Of a DNA stretch of 64,000 nucleotides, positions 9,103-19,284 are shown one piece after another. This DNA is from Alphaproteobacteria bacterium (GTDB lineage: Bacteria; Pseudomonadota; Alphaproteobacteria; MPNO01). Each line of letters opens with the position of its first letter. Position 1 is the first letter of the stretch. The DNA lies in contig CBDFLJ010000002.1 in the NCBI GenBank assembly GCA_965248835.1, forward strand, positions 1,632,001 to 1,696,000, given 5' to 3'. The position numbers were made by a program, and so were the translations under genes. The notes under the pieces are model-generated. The model made no database searches. It saw only the letters and a program-made list of their open reading frames with translations, and had not been told where the DNA came from.

Positions 9103-11177
9103 ATCCGGTCCCCGGTGATGACGATATTGCCGAGCGCATCGATGCGCGCGCTGTGGGATTGAAGCACGATCGTCGTGGTCTCGTCTTCGGCAATGACCGC
9201 GGGCCCGCCGATCAGAGATCCGGGCGCGAGCGCGGCGCGGTGGAATACCGGCACCGGCGTCATCGTCTCGGTCGCGATGTCGAACATCGCGCGGGTGCCC
9301 ACCGGCACGACCGTCCGATCCGGCGGCGCCGGCGGACAGGGTTCGGGCACCGGCCCAGCGGCGGCAAGCCGCAGCGTCCAGTTCATCACCTCGACCGCGA
9401 GCCCGGGAATGATCCGCGAATAGGTCGCGGCATAGACCGTCTCGAACGCCGCGATCATCGCTGCGCGGGAGTCGGCGTCGAACGGCCCTTCGGGCAGCGC
9501 GACGGACAGCTCGTGGCCCTGGCCCCGGTAGCGCATGTCGGCGGTCCGGACAGCGGTCAGGGCCGCACCGGGAGCACCCGCCGAGACGACGGCGCCGGCC
9601 TCTTGCTCCATCTCGGCGAACAGCGCGTTGGGCAGCGCGGGATCGAAGCCCTCATCAAGCGCGGCGTAGCGGCTGCGCACCACCTCGTAGGCCACGGGCG
9701 AGCGCAGGAAGCCGATGGCGGAGCCGACGCCCGCCGCACTCGGCACGAGGATCCGCCCGATGCCGAGCTTCTCGGCCAGCCGGACGGCATGGACCGGGGC
9801 CGCACCGCCGAAGGCGATCATGGTGCGCTCGGCCAGCGTCTTGCCGCGCTCGACCGCGTGCACACGCGCGGCGTTGGCCATGTTCTCGACCACGACCTCG
9901 GAGATGCCGAAAGCGCCGTCGAGTGGGGCGAGCCCGAGTGCGGCGCCCGTCGCCGCCTCGACCGCAGCCGCGGCACGTTGGGAATCCAGCTCCATCGTGC
10001 CGCCGGCGAAACCGGCGGGGTCGATCCAGCCCAGCACGACATCGCCGTCGGTCACGGTGGCCTCCGTCCCGCCGGTTGCGTAGCAGGCCGGCCCCGGCTC
10101 CGAGCCGGCGCTCTGCGGGCCGACCGCGAGCCGGCCCATCGCGTCGACCGAAGCGATCGAGCCGCCGCCGGCGCCGATCTCGACCATCTCGATCACCGGG
10201 ATGCGGAGCGGCAGCCCGCTGCCCTTGAGGAACCGGTACTGGCGGGCAACTTCGAAGCTGCGCGAAGCCTGCGGGGCACCGTCATCGATCAGGCAGATCT
10301 TGGCCGTCGTCCCGCCCATGTCAAAGGACAGCACCCGGTCGAGCCCGCAGCGCCGCGCGAGGTCGGCGGCGAGGATCGCACCGCCGGCCGGACCGGACTC
10401 GACCAGCCGGATCGGGAACCTGCGCCCCGTCTCGGGCCGGGCGAGCCCGCCGCCCGAGGTCATCAGATAGAGCGGGCAGGCGAACCCGAGCGCCTCCAGC
10501 GCCGCCTCGAGCCGGCCGATATAGCCGGCCATCAGGGGCTGGACGTAGGCGTTGGCCGCGGTTGTCGAGCAACGCTCGTACTCGCGGATCTCCGGCGAGA
10601 CTTCGCACGACAGGCTCACCGGGACGTCGGGCAGCGCGGCTTCCAGAACATCGCGCACCAGCCGCTCGTGGCTGCCGTCGACATAGGCGTGGATGAACCC
10701 CACCGCGACCGCTTCGACCGCCTCGGCGCGCAGCGTCTCCACGACCGGGCCGAGCGCGTCGGTTTCCAGCGGGATCAGCACGTTGCCGCGCGCATCGACC
10801 CGCTCGACAACCGGCAGCCGGAGGTAGCGCGGCACCAGCGGGGCCGGGCGGTCCATCTGGATGTCGTACTGCTCGAACCGGTTCTCGAAGGCCATCTCGA
10901 CGACGTCGCGAAAGCCCTCGGTCGCCAGCAGCGCCGTCTTCGCACCCTTGCGCTCGATCAGCGCGTTGGTGGCAAGGGTGGTGCCGTGGATCACCAGGTC
11001 GAAAGCGTCCGGGGCAAGCCCGGTCTCTTCCAGCGCACGCGCAATGCCGGCCAGCACGCCGTCCTCGGGCGCGCGGGAGGTGGTCAGCACCTTGGTCGTC
11101 GCCAGCCTCCCGTCATATTCGACCGCGATGTCGGTGAATGTCCCGCCGACATCGGCGGCCAGCCTCGCCCTTGTCAT
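9099..11177 (-). CDS. Hydantoinase A/oxoprolinase family protein (ATP-binding subunit)
   Basis: DVGGTFTD, HGTTLATN, ESGPAGG, DMGGTT, GAGGGSI and SAGSEPGPACY motifs. 4-nt ATGA overlap with the B subunit. Confidence 0.93.
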   Translation of the reverse strand: MTRARLAADVGGTFTDIAVEYDGRLATTKVLTTSRAPEDGVLAGIARALEETGLAPDAFDLVIHGTTLATNALIERKGAKTALLATEGFRDVVEMAFENRFEQYDIQMDRPAPLVPRYLRLPVVERVDARGNVLIPLETDALGPVVETLRAEAVEAVAVGFIHAYVDGSHERLVRDVLEAALPDVPVSLSCEVSPEIREYERCSTTAANAYVQPLMAGYIGRLEAALEALGFACPLYLMTSGGGLARPETGRRFPIRLVESGPAGGAILAADLARRCGLDRVLSFDMGGTTAKICLIDDGAPQASRSFEVARQYRFLKGSGLPLRIPVIEMVEIGAGGGSIASVDAMGRLAVGPQSAGSEPGPACYATGGTEATVTDGDVVLGWIDPAGFAGGTMELDSQRAAAAVEAATGAALGLAPLDGAFGISEVVVENMANAARVHAVERGKTLAERTMIAFGGAAPVHAVRLAEKLGIGRILVPSAAGVGSAIGFLRSPVAYEVVRSRYAALDEGFDPALPNALFAEMEQEAGAVVSAGAPGAALTAVRTADMRYRGQGHELSVALPEGPFDADSRAAMIAAFETVYAATYSRIIPGLAVEVMNWTLRLAAAGPVPEPCPPAPPDRTVVPVGTRAMFDIATETMTPVPVFHRAALAPGSLIGGPAVIAEDETTTIVLQSHSARIDALGNIVITGDRI

Positions 11178-11263
11178 ACCCGCCTTGATGTGATTGTTCG
11201 GCCGACACCGAGTTTAACCGAAATCGCGGCCCGCGTGCAGCGTCAACCCGGAGATCCCAACCG

Positions 11264-12223
11264 ATGGCCGAGTTCAGGGGCCGCATCTACGACAGTATCA
11301 TCGAGACGATGGGAGCGACCCCGCTGGTCCGGCTGAACCGGCTGCCGGGCGATACCGGCTGTCGTGCCGAGGTGCTGGCGAAGCTCGAGTTCTTCAACCC
11401 GCTGGGCTCGGTCAAGGACCGGATCGGGGTGTCGATGATCGAGGCGGCCGAGCGCGAGGGCCGCATCCGGCCGGATACGGTGATCGTCGAGCCGACATCG
11501 GGCAATACCGGGATCGGCCTCGCCTTCGCCTGCGCAGCCAAGGGCTACAGGTTGATCGTCACCATGCCCGAATCGATGTCGATCGAGCGCCGCAAGATGC
11601 TGGCGCTGTTGGGCGCGGAAATCGAGCTGACACCGGCGGCCGACCGCATGGTAGGCGCGATCGCCCGCGCCGAGGAACTGATCGCCGCGCTGCCCGATGC
11701 CTACATGCCCCAGCAGTTCGAGAATCCGGCCAACCCGCAGATCCATGTCGAGACCACGGCCGAGGAGATCTGGTGCGATACCGGCGGCCGGCTCGATGCG
11801 TTGGTGCTGGGGACCGGCACCGGCGGGACGATCACCGGCGTGGCGCGGGCGCTGAAGCCGCGCAACGCCGCGCTCAAGGTCTTCGCCTGCGAGCCCGAGG
11901 CGAGCGCGGTGATCTCCGGCGGCCCACCGGGTCCGCACGCGATCCAGGGCATGGGTCCGGGCTTCGTGCCCGACATCCTGGAGACCGGCCTGATCGACGA
12001 GGTGCTCCAGGTCTCAGACGATGAGGCCTACGACATGGCGAGGCGGCTGGCCGCGCGCGAGGGGATCCCGGGCGGCATCTCCTCGGGCGCCGCGGTGGCG
12101 TGCGCGCTGCGGGTCGGCGCGCGTCCGGAGTGGGCCGGCAGGACGATCGTCACGCTGACTCCCTCCTGCGCGGAACGTTATCTCTCGACCCCGCTGTTCG
12201 ACGGGCTGGGCGGCCAGACGTAG
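11264..12223 (+). CDS. cysK: Cysteine synthase A (O-acetylserine sulfhydrylase)
   Basis: KLEFFNPLGSVKDRIG (PLP lysine), EPTSGNTGI, QQFENPAN, GTGGT and ERYLST motifs. Confidence 0.92.
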   Translation: MAEFRGRIYDSIIETMGATPLVRLNRLPGDTGCRAEVLAKLEFFNPLGSVKDRIGVSMIEAAEREGRIRPDTVIVEPTSGNTGIGLAFACAAKGYRLIVTMPESMSIERRKMLALLGAEIELTPAADRMVGAIARAEELIAALPDAYMPQQFENPANPQIHVETTAEEIWCDTGGRLDALVLGTGTGGTITGVARALKPRNAALKVFACEPEASAVISGGPPGPHAIQGMGPGFVPDILETGLIDEVLQVSDDEAYDMARRLAAREGIPGGISSGAAVACALRVGARPEWAGRTIVTLTPSCAERYLSTPLFDGLGGQT

Positions 12224-12292
12224 CCCCGGCGCGCGGCGCGCGCGATCACCTCCTCGCGGAAGACGAAGTCGTCGGTCCTCACGGACGGACAC

Positions 12293-13018
12293 CTACCACT
12301 GCTCCCGCCACGGCCGGAGGTCGATCTCGAAGGTCCAGCCGTCACGCGGCTGGGCGTGGATGGCGTGGAAGGTCTCGGCGATGGCGGCGGGAGACATCAG
12401 GCCGTCCGGCCCGGCATCGGCGATCTCGTCGGCGAACCTTTCGCGCACCGCGGCTGTATCGATGCGGCCGTCGACGATGATATGGGCGACATGGATACCC
12501 TGGGGCGCGAGCTCGCGCGCCATCGACTGGGCAAGCGCGCGGAGCGCGAACTTCGCGCCGGCGAACGCGGCGAAGCCCGGCCCGCCGCGCACGCTCGCGG
12601 TGGCGCCGGTAATCAGGATCGTACCCCTGCCGCGCGGCGCCATCCTGATCGCCGCCTCGCGCGCAACGAGAAACCCGGCAAACGCCGCCGTGTCCCAGAC
12701 CTGGCGGTAGATGCGCGCGGTCATCGCGGCGATCGGCGCGTTGTGCCAGGCCCCGGCGTTGAAGACCGCGACTTCGACCGGGCCGATCTCGGCCTCGATA
12801 CGGTCATAGACCGATTTGACGGCGTCCTCGTCGCGGGCATCGCAGGGGATCGGAGTCGCCTTGCCGCGATCGGCGCGGATCGAGGCCGCCAGCGCCTCGA
12901 GGGGCCCGGTTTTGCGGCGCGAGGGAACGGCGTGGAACCCGGCACGCGCGAATCGGGCGGCGATAGCACCACCCAGGGCATCGCCGGCACCGATAACGAC
13001 CGCGGCGGGCTCGGGCAT
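12293..13018 (-). CDS. Short-chain dehydrogenase/reductase (atypical)
   Basis: IGAGDALG, VFNAG, TGATAS, FAGAK and SMAREL motifs. Start moved to MPEP at 13018. Confidence 0.85.
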   Translation of the reverse strand: MPEPAAVVIGAGDALGGAIAARFARAGFHAVPSRRKTGPLEALAASIRADRGKATPIPCDARDEDAVKSVYDRIEAEIGPVEVAVFNAGAWHNAPIAAMTARIYRQVWDTAAFAGFLVAREAAIRMAPRGRGTILITGATASVRGGPGFAAFAGAKFALRALAQSMARELAPQGIHVAHIIVDGRIDTAAVRERFADEIADAGPDGLMSPAAIAETFHAIHAQPRDGWTFEIDLRPWREQW

Positions 13019-13032
13019 GGCTTCGGCTCCTG

Positions 13033-13551
13033 CTAGAACGGCACCGACATGAAGGCATGGGTGGCATCGCAATCGACGATGTCGACCCGCTTGAAGGCGA
13101 TGCGCAGGCCCGCTTCGGTCCGGCGCAGGCGATGGCGGGCCTCGCCTCCGAACACCCGGCGGTGCTCGTCGCGGTATTCGAGCATCACGAAGCTCGAGCG
13201 GACCGCGATCTCATCATCGGCCTGCACGCCGTCCTCGAGCGTGACATTGCCGATCACGTGGCGGGTCCGGGTCTCCGGCGCCTGGGCGTAGAAGCGCGGA
13301 TGGCGAATCTGGCGGATGCGCACGTCCATGAGCGACTTGTCCTCGTAGAACAGCGACAGCCGGTCGAGCGGGCTCTTCTGGTCGGGCTCGGCCGGGACCC
13401 AGTACATGCCGTCGTCGGCGAACAGCGCCAGCCAGTCCTCGAACCGGCGCTCGTCCAAAAGGCGGGCTTCGCGGAACAGAAACTCCTCGATCTCGCGCAG
13501 CAACAGCAGCGATTCTATGTCCTTGGCAGAGGAGAGGACAACGCCGCTCAT
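13033..13551 (-). CDS. Aromatic ring-hydroxylating dioxygenase beta subunit
   Basis: FLFREARLLDERRFEDWL, YWVP, TRHVIGNV and KRVDIVDCD motifs. ATGA overlap with the alpha-subunit stop. Confidence 0.92.
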   Translation of the reverse strand: MSGVVLSSAKDIESLLLLREIEEFLFREARLLDERRFEDWLALFADDGMYWVPAEPDQKSPLDRLSLFYEDKSLMDVRIRQIRHPRFYAQAPETRTRHVIGNVTLEDGVQADDEIAVRSSFVMLEYRDEHRRVFGGEARHRLRRTEAGLRIAFKRVDIVDCDATHAFMSVPF

Positions 13552-14849
13552 GCGGCCGCCATGTGGCGGCGCCAAGCGCCCAGCATGGCGCGCATCGGAA
13601 GCTCGCTGGTGCCGATATCGCGGATGCCGCGGTTGCCGTAGGCCTCTTCCTTGCCGACCCGGCGCGAGAGATCGATCCACTCCCCGCCCTGGTTGGCGAG
13701 TCCGATCTGGAGCTGCTCGAACACCGCGAGGTCGTCCGACAGCACCGGAGAGGCCGGAGAGTTCGCGGTCGAGACGAACTTGACCGCGGTGTGGAACATC
13801 TCTTCGGGTGCGCCCTTCAGCCGGAAGACATAGGAGTGCACGTCGGTCCGATCGACCGACACCGGCTGGACGATGCGGACCTGCTGGAAGCGGGTGTTGA
13901 TGGAAATGTTGGGGTAAATCAAGTTGTTGAAGGTCTCGCGGGCGAAGATCTCGTTGGTGCGCGCCTCGCCGTAGGCCTCGATCATCGCGTCCTTGTAGCG
14001 CTGGAAGACCGGGTCCTTGCGGTCGGGGTCGATCACTCCGCCGCGGTAGAACCCGTCCATGAACACGTGGCCGGCCTCGTAGCCGTGGATGCCGAGCCCG
14101 TCCCAGTCGCTGAACGAGAACCCGTTGGCGTTGAACATCTGGATTGCCTGATCGGCCTCCTCGACCGGCCCGGCAGCCGCAAGGTGATCGCGCGCAACCG
14201 CGACCGAGGACTCGTGGACGAAGTTGGGATGAACGGTGTCGACCGCATTCTCCATGTGCAGCTTCCAGTTGCCCTGGAAGGTCTGGCGCAGGCAGCCGCC
14301 GGCCAGCTCGACCTCGCCGCCGGGCGCCCGGTCGGCCATGTTGTCGAGCGCATCGGCCATGTCGCCGAGATATTCCAGCAGCGACGGCCCGGTCTCGGCG
14401 AGCGAGGCGAAGACGAAGCCGCGGTGGCTGTCGACGCGCGGCACCGCCGGCATCCCCTGCTTGGACGCGCCGTCGTAGCCGCTGGGATGGGGCACGCCGA
14501 TCAGGCTGCCGTCGGTGTCGTAGGACCAGCCGTGATAGGGGCAGACCAGCCGCTTGCCGCCGCCGCGCGGATGGACGCAGACCGTCATCGCGCGGTGAGC
14601 GCAGCGGTTCCGCAGCACCCGGACGGTCTCGTCGGAATGGCGGATCATCACTACGTCATGCGGCCCGAGCCGGGTGCGCACCCAATCGCCGGGTGTCGGG
14701 ACCTGGCTGTCGTGGCCGACGAAGATCCAGACCCGCCCGAAAATCCGCTCTATCTCGAGGGCGAACAATTCCGGGTCGGTATAGACCCGCCGATGGACCC
14801 GGTCGGGTTCGACCAGGGATTCGATGTCATTCCGGCTCAACTCGGTCAT
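13548..14849 (-). CDS. Rieske ring-hydroxylating oxygenase alpha subunit (aniline/anthranilate-dioxygenase-like)
   Basis: CAH-x17-CPYH Rieske motif, NWK...ENAVDTVHPNFVH iron site, DD motif, C-terminal GTSELPMR. Confidence 0.92.
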   Translation of the reverse strand: MTELSRNDIESLVEPDRVHRRVYTDPELFALEIERIFGRVWIFVGHDSQVPTPGDWVRTRLGPHDVVMIRHSDETVRVLRNRCAHRAMTVCVHPRGGGKRLVCPYHGWSYDTDGSLIGVPHPSGYDGASKQGMPAVPRVDSHRGFVFASLAETGPSLLEYLGDMADALDNMADRAPGGEVELAGGCLRQTFQGNWKLHMENAVDTVHPNFVHESSVAVARDHLAAAGPVEEADQAIQMFNANGFSFSDWDGLGIHGYEAGHVFMDGFYRGGVIDPDRKDPVFQRYKDAMIEAYGEARTNEIFARETFNNLIYPNISINTRFQQVRIVQPVSVDRTDVHSYVFRLKGAPEEMFHTAVKFVSTANSPASPVLSDDLAVFEQLQIGLANQGGEWIDLSRRVGKEEAYGNRGIRDIGTSELPMRAMLGAWRRHMAAA

Positions 14850-14958
14850 CGCAAGGCTCCAAGGCGTGGCGGCCGAGTATTGGACGGCGCGCATCGGCTG
14901 TCAAAACCGGAGCATGGTCCGTTGGATCGACTCGTCCGGACCGGGATCGACGGCGCGC

Positions 14959-15894
14959 CTAGCGGCGGCGGCGGTTGCCGAAGAAGGGGATGCCGAGCGC
15001 GGCCGGCATGCGCGCGCTGCCGGCGAGAAAGACCAGCGAGACGATGGCCAGCGCATACGGCATCACGACGAAGAACTGGTAGGGGATGTCGGGGTTCAGC
15101 GTCTGGAGGCGGATCTGGGCCGCATCGGCCATGCCGAAGAACAGCGAGGCCAGCACCACGCCGGCCGGGTTCCAGCGGCCGAAGACCACGCAGGCGATCG
15201 CGATGAAGCCGCGGCCGGAGACCATGTTCTCCACGAAGCCCGAGAGCTGGGCGATGGCGAGGAATGCTCCGCCGGCACCGGCCATCGCGCCGCCGAACAG
15301 GGTGCAACCATAGCGCAGCGCGGCGACGTCGATACCGACGGCGACCGCGGCCTCGGGATTCTCGCCGGCCGCGCGGATCTCCAGCCCGCGTTCGGTGTAT
15401 TTGAGGAACCACCAGACCGCGAGCGCCGCGACAAGCCCGAGATAGACCGGGGCGTGGTGGTGGAAGACGATCGGGCCGATCCAGGGCAGTTCGGCCAGGC
15501 CGGCGAACGACAGCCGCTCGAACTGCGGCACCGCCACCGCCGGCGAGGTGGCGCCCAGCGTGATGCGGAACCCGAACCCGGTCAGCCCGAGCCCGAGGAC
15601 GACCATTGCGATGCCCGAGACGATCTGATCGACCTTGAGAGTGATCGACATCCAGGCATGGATGGCGGAGAGCATCGTACCGGCGATGATACCGGCGACC
15701 AGCCCGCCCCACGGCGTGCCGGTGTGCACCGCGCCGAGGGCGGCGAAGAACGCGCCCATCAGCATCGAGCCCTCGATGCCGACGTTCATCACCCCGGCCC
15801 GCTGGTTGACGGTCTCGCCCAGTGCCGCGAGCAGGATGGGGGTCGCGAGCCGGACGGTGCCGGCGAGCATGCCGATCCAGAAGATCGAATCCAT
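14959..15894 (-). CDS. ABC transporter permease (nucleoside/sugar CUT2 type)
   Basis: LAALGE..NQRAGVMNVGIEG, RAAGENP and GRGFIAIA motifs. Confidence 0.92.
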   Translation of the reverse strand: MDSIFWIGMLAGTVRLATPILLAALGETVNQRAGVMNVGIEGSMLMGAFFAALGAVHTGTPWGGLVAGIIAGTMLSAIHAWMSITLKVDQIVSGIAMVVLGLGLTGFGFRITLGATSPAVAVPQFERLSFAGLAELPWIGPIVFHHHAPVYLGLVAALAVWWFLKYTERGLEIRAAGENPEAAVAVGIDVAALRYGCTLFGGAMAGAGGAFLAIAQLSGFVENMVSGRGFIAIACVVFGRWNPAGVVLASLFFGMADAAQIRLQTLNPDIPYQFFVVMPYALAIVSLVFLAGSARMPAALGIPFFGNRRRR

Positions 15895-16928
15895 CAGCCG
15901 CGCCGCGCCGCGGCTACGCCGATGATCAGGACCGCCAGGATCACCAGCCCCTCGATCACCCAGACGATGGGAAACGGCACGGCCGATTCGCGCTGCAGCA
16001 CGCCCGAGCCGACATGGAGCACCCCGAACAGCAGCGCGGCCAACGGCACGCCGAGCGGGTTCAGCCTGGCAAGCAGGGCGACCGCGATCGCGGTGATCCC
16101 GAAGCCCGGCGCGAAATTGTCCTGCAAGCGATGGTGGATGCCGGCGATCTCGACCGCACCGGCGAGACCCGCCAGCGCGCCGCTCATTGCCATTGCGAGC
16201 AGGATCACCCGCCGGTCGTCGGTCCCGCCATAGCGCGCGGCGAAGGGGTTGATGCCCACGGCGCGGAGCTGAAAGCCGAACGCCGTGTAGCGGAGCAGGA
16301 CGAACACCACGATGGTCGCGGCGACCGCAACGAACAGCCCTTCATGCACCCGGCTCTGTGCGACCACCAGGTCGAACTGCAAGATGTCGGGAATCCGATC
16401 GCTGCGCGGCCAGATTCCGATCCCCTCCTGAAGCGGCCCGCGGACCGCCCAGCCAAGCAATTGCAGCGCGATGTAGTTGAGCATGATGGTGACGATAATC
16501 TCGTTCGCGTTCCAGCGGGCGCGCAGCCAGCCGGCGAGCCCGCCATAGGCCGCGCCGAAGGCGGCGCCGAGGCCGAGGAACCACAGGACCGCGATCCAGG
16601 CCGGACCCGGACCGACCGCCGCGGTGATCCAGAACGCCCCGACCGCACCGATCACGATCTGGCCGTCGGCACCGATGTTGAAGACATTGGCGCGGAAGGC
16701 GATCGCGATGCCGAGCCCGGCCAGCGTCAGCGGGATCGCGCGGACGACGACCTCGTTGAATCCGTTCGCGGTACCGAGTGCATGGCCGATCAAGGCCCCG
16801 TAGGCGGCAAGCGGGTCGACGCCGGCCGCCAGGATGAAGACCCCGCCGAGCGCCGCCGCAGCAATGAGGATCGCACCGCTTATCGCCGCCGTCCGCGCGA
16901 GACCGGGAAAATCGGCGGTCGGGTTCAC
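15894..16928 (-). CDS. ABC transporter permease (nucleoside/sugar CUT2 type)
   Basis: FNIGADGQ, NEIIVTIMLNY, GFQLRAVG.NP and GFGITAIAVALL motifs. GTG start overlaps the ATPase stop. Confidence 0.9.
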   Translation of the reverse strand: MNPTADFPGLARTAAISGAILIAAAALGGVFILAAGVDPLAAYGALIGHALGTANGFNEVVVRAIPLTLAGLGIAIAFRANVFNIGADGQIVIGAVGAFWITAAVGPGPAWIAVLWFLGLGAAFGAAYGGLAGWLRARWNANEIIVTIMLNYIALQLLGWAVRGPLQEGIGIWPRSDRIPDILQFDLVVAQSRVHEGLFVAVAATIVVFVLLRYTAFGFQLRAVGINPFAARYGGTDDRRVILLAMAMSGALAGLAGAVEIAGIHHRLQDNFAPGFGITAIAVALLARLNPLGVPLAALLFGVLHVGSGVLQRESAVPFPIVWVIEGLVILAVLIIGVAAARRG

Positions 16929-18424
16929 CGCCCGGCCATCCACGCGCCGACGTCCCCGATTGAGGTCTCGCCGATCGGCACCGGGCCGCGGATCCGTCCG
17001 CCGGCGGCGACCATCACCCGGTCGGCGAGTTGCCAGATCTCGCCGAGGTCCGATGACACGAGGAGGATGCCGAGCCCGGCGGCGCTGCGTTTCAGCAGCG
17101 TGTCGTGGACGAAGGCGATCGTGCGCACATCAAGCCCGCGGGTCGGATAGGCGCTCAGCAGGACCCGGATTCCGGGCGAAAGCTCGCGCGCCAACACCAG
17201 CTTCTGCTGGTTGCCGCCGGACAGGGTGCCGATGGCGGCAGCCGGGCCGGGGGCGGCGACCGCGAATTCGGCGACCGCCTCGGTGGTCCGACGCTCGGCG
17301 ATCGCCCGGCGCAGCCACCCGAACCGGTTGAGCACCGGATCGAACAGGTGGGTCAGCAGAAAATTCTCGCTCAACGACAGGCCCGGCAGGATCGCGTGGC
17401 CGTGGCGGTCCTCGGGCACATGGCGCAGCCCGGCCGCGCGCAGGCTGCGCACCGAACGCCGGCGCGGCGCTGTCTCGCCGAGGTAGCGGACCTCGCCGGC
17501 GTCGGGCGGGCGGAGCCCCGACAGGACCTCGATAAGCTCGCGCTGGCCGTTCCCCTCGACCCCGGCCAGCGCCAGGATCTCGCCTTCGTGCAGCGCGAAG
17601 GAGACGTCCGACAGGGCCGTGCCGCCGGCCGCGCGGCCGACCCGGAGGCGTGCCGCCTCGAGGACCACCGCGCCCGGCCTGCGCGCTCCGACCCGGTCCG
17701 GGGCGGCAATGTCGCCGCCGACCATCGCGCGGACCAAATCCTCGGTGCTGCGCGCAGCGATCGGCGCGGTGTCGACCACCCTGCCCCGGCGCATCACCAT
17801 CACGCGGTCGGCGACTTCGAAGATGTCGTCGAGCTTGTGGCTGATCAGGATGACCCCGACGCGGGAGTCGGCAAGGCGGCGAATCATCGCGAACAACCCG
17901 GCGCACTCCGCACGCGCGAGCACCGCCGTCGGCTCATCGAAGATCAGATAGCGGGCGCCGCGATACAGCGCCTTGATGATCTCGACCCGTTGGCGCGAGC
18001 CGATGTCGAGGTCCGCCACCCGAGCCTCGGGGTCGACCGGCAACGCGATCTGCACGCCGATCTCGCGGATCCTTTGCGCGACGGCATCGAGCGCCAGGAT
18101 CCCGTTGCGGCGGCGGCGCTCGCCGAGCGCGATGTTCTCGGCCACGCTCAAGGTCGGCACGAGCATGAAATGCTGGTGGACCATGCCGATGCCGTGCGCG
18201 ATCGCATCCGCGCAGGACGAGAAGCGGACCTCGACGCCGTCGATCAGGATCTGCCCGCCGTCGGGGCCGATCAGCCCGGCGAGCACGTTCATCAGGGTCG
18301 ACTTGCCGGCGCCGTTCTCGCCGAGGATCCCCAGCACTTCGCCCTCGGCCAGCGTGAGGTTCACGCCGTCGTTGGCGGTGACGCCGGGATAGCGCTTGGT
18401 GACCTCGCGAAGTTCGAGCCCCAC
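16925..18424 (-). CDS. ABC transporter ATP-binding protein, two NBDs (CUT2 type)
   Basis: GENGAGKST, GMVHQHF, DEPTAVL, LSGGNQQK and PTRGLD motifs. Start estimated at GTG 18424. Confidence 0.92.
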   Translation of the reverse strand: MGLELREVTKRYPGVTANDGVNLTLAEGEVLGILGENGAGKSTLMNVLAGLIGPDGGQILIDGVEVRFSSCADAIAHGIGMVHQHFMLVPTLSVAENIALGERRRRNGILALDAVAQRIREIGVQIALPVDPEARVADLDIGSRQRVEIIKALYRGARYLIFDEPTAVLARAECAGLFAMIRRLADSRVGVILISHKLDDIFEVADRVMVMRRGRVVDTAPIAARSTEDLVRAMVGGDIAAPDRVGARRPGAVVLEAARLRVGRAAGGTALSDVSFALHEGEILALAGVEGNGQRELIEVLSGLRPPDAGEVRYLGETAPRRRSVRSLRAAGLRHVPEDRHGHAILPGLSLSENFLLTHLFDPVLNRFGWLRRAIAERRTTEAVAEFAVAAPGPAAAIGTLSGGNQQKLVLARELSPGIRVLLSAYPTRGLDVRTIAFVHDTLLKRSAAGLGILLVSSDLGEIWQLADRVMVAAGGRIRGPVPIGETSIGDVGAWMAGR

Positions 18425-18441
18425 GGCCGGTTCGGCAGGGC

Positions 18442-19134
18442 TCAGTTGGGCCTGTTGCGCAGCACCGCCAGCACCTCGGCAGCGTTCATCACGTCGCCGA
18501 ACTGCTGGATGAAGGTCTCCAGCGTCGCCAGATGCTCGCCGTCGGAAAGCGCGGCCAGGCAGTCGGCGACCATGACGACCTTGAAGTCGAGCATCATCGC
18601 ATCGCGCGCCGTGGATTCGCAGCACACGTTGGTCTTGGTGCCGCCGACCAGCACATTCTCGATCCCGTAGCCGCGCAGCATGCGCTCCAGAGAAGACGCG
18701 CCGGGGATCAGCGCGCTGTAGCGGTTCTTGATGACCTGCAAGTCGGACGGATCGACTTCCAGGCTGTCGTAGATCCGCTGGCCCTGCTTGCCCGGCGCGA
18801 GGCTCTCGATGGTCCGTTGGCGGACCTCGTCGGCAACGAAGACGTTGAAAAAATTGTCCCAGTCGCTGCGGTCGCCGTCGCCGGTATTGGCGTGGGTGAC
18901 CCAGATGATCTTGACGCCCAGCTTGCGCAGTTCAGCGTTGAAGACGTTGATCTCCCGGCAGATGTCGCGCGAGGCCGGCACCTCGGCCGGCGAGCCCGGC
19001 TGGCAGAACGTGTTCTGCATGTCGACAATCACAAAGGCGGTCTTCGCCGGATCGAGCGAATCGAACAGGTGAAACCGCTGCCTGCGCGCCAGAACCCGAT
19101 CGACGATCTCCTGGCCGATCTCAACATCATGCAT
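18442..19134 (-). CDS. Cysteine hydrolase (isochorismatase family, RutB-like amidase)
   Basis: Catalytic D-K-C triad motifs: VDMQNTF, KNRYSA, TNVCCESTARDA. Confidence 0.9.
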   Translation of the reverse strand: MHDVEIGQEIVDRVLARRQRFHLFDSLDPAKTAFVIVDMQNTFCQPGSPAEVPASRDICREINVFNAELRKLGVKIIWVTHANTGDGDRSDWDNFFNVFVADEVRQRTIESLAPGKQGQRIYDSLEVDPSDLQVIKNRYSALIPGASSLERMLRGYGIENVLVGGTKTNVCCESTARDAMMLDFKVVMVADCLAALSDGEHLATLETFIQQFGDVMNAAEVLAVLRNRPN

Positions 19135-19163
19135 CGCACATCCCCCGTACCGTCATCGGCCAC

Positions 19164-19193
19164 AGGATGGGAGCATCGGCGGGGAGGGTCAAG
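19164..19193 (-). promoter_or_regulatory. Putative sigma70-type promoter of the 19134-12293 operon
   Basis: Minus strand CTTGACC-N17-CATCCT about 30 nt upstream of the ATG. The same boxes recur at 25223-25252. Confidence 0.55.
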
Positions 19194-19284
19194 AATGACA
19201 AGCCGCTGTCGGGGGTGGCGGCAACGCGCCCGCGCGGTGATAGACTTGCCGGCCTTGGCCGAGCAGCGGGAGAGAGGCCGCACC

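Noticed and set aside
18532-19284. Apparent 250-aa N-terminal extension on the MsmA-like oxygenase
   Set aside because: It is antisense to the cysteine hydrolase gene, and a good RBS and ATG exist at 19285.
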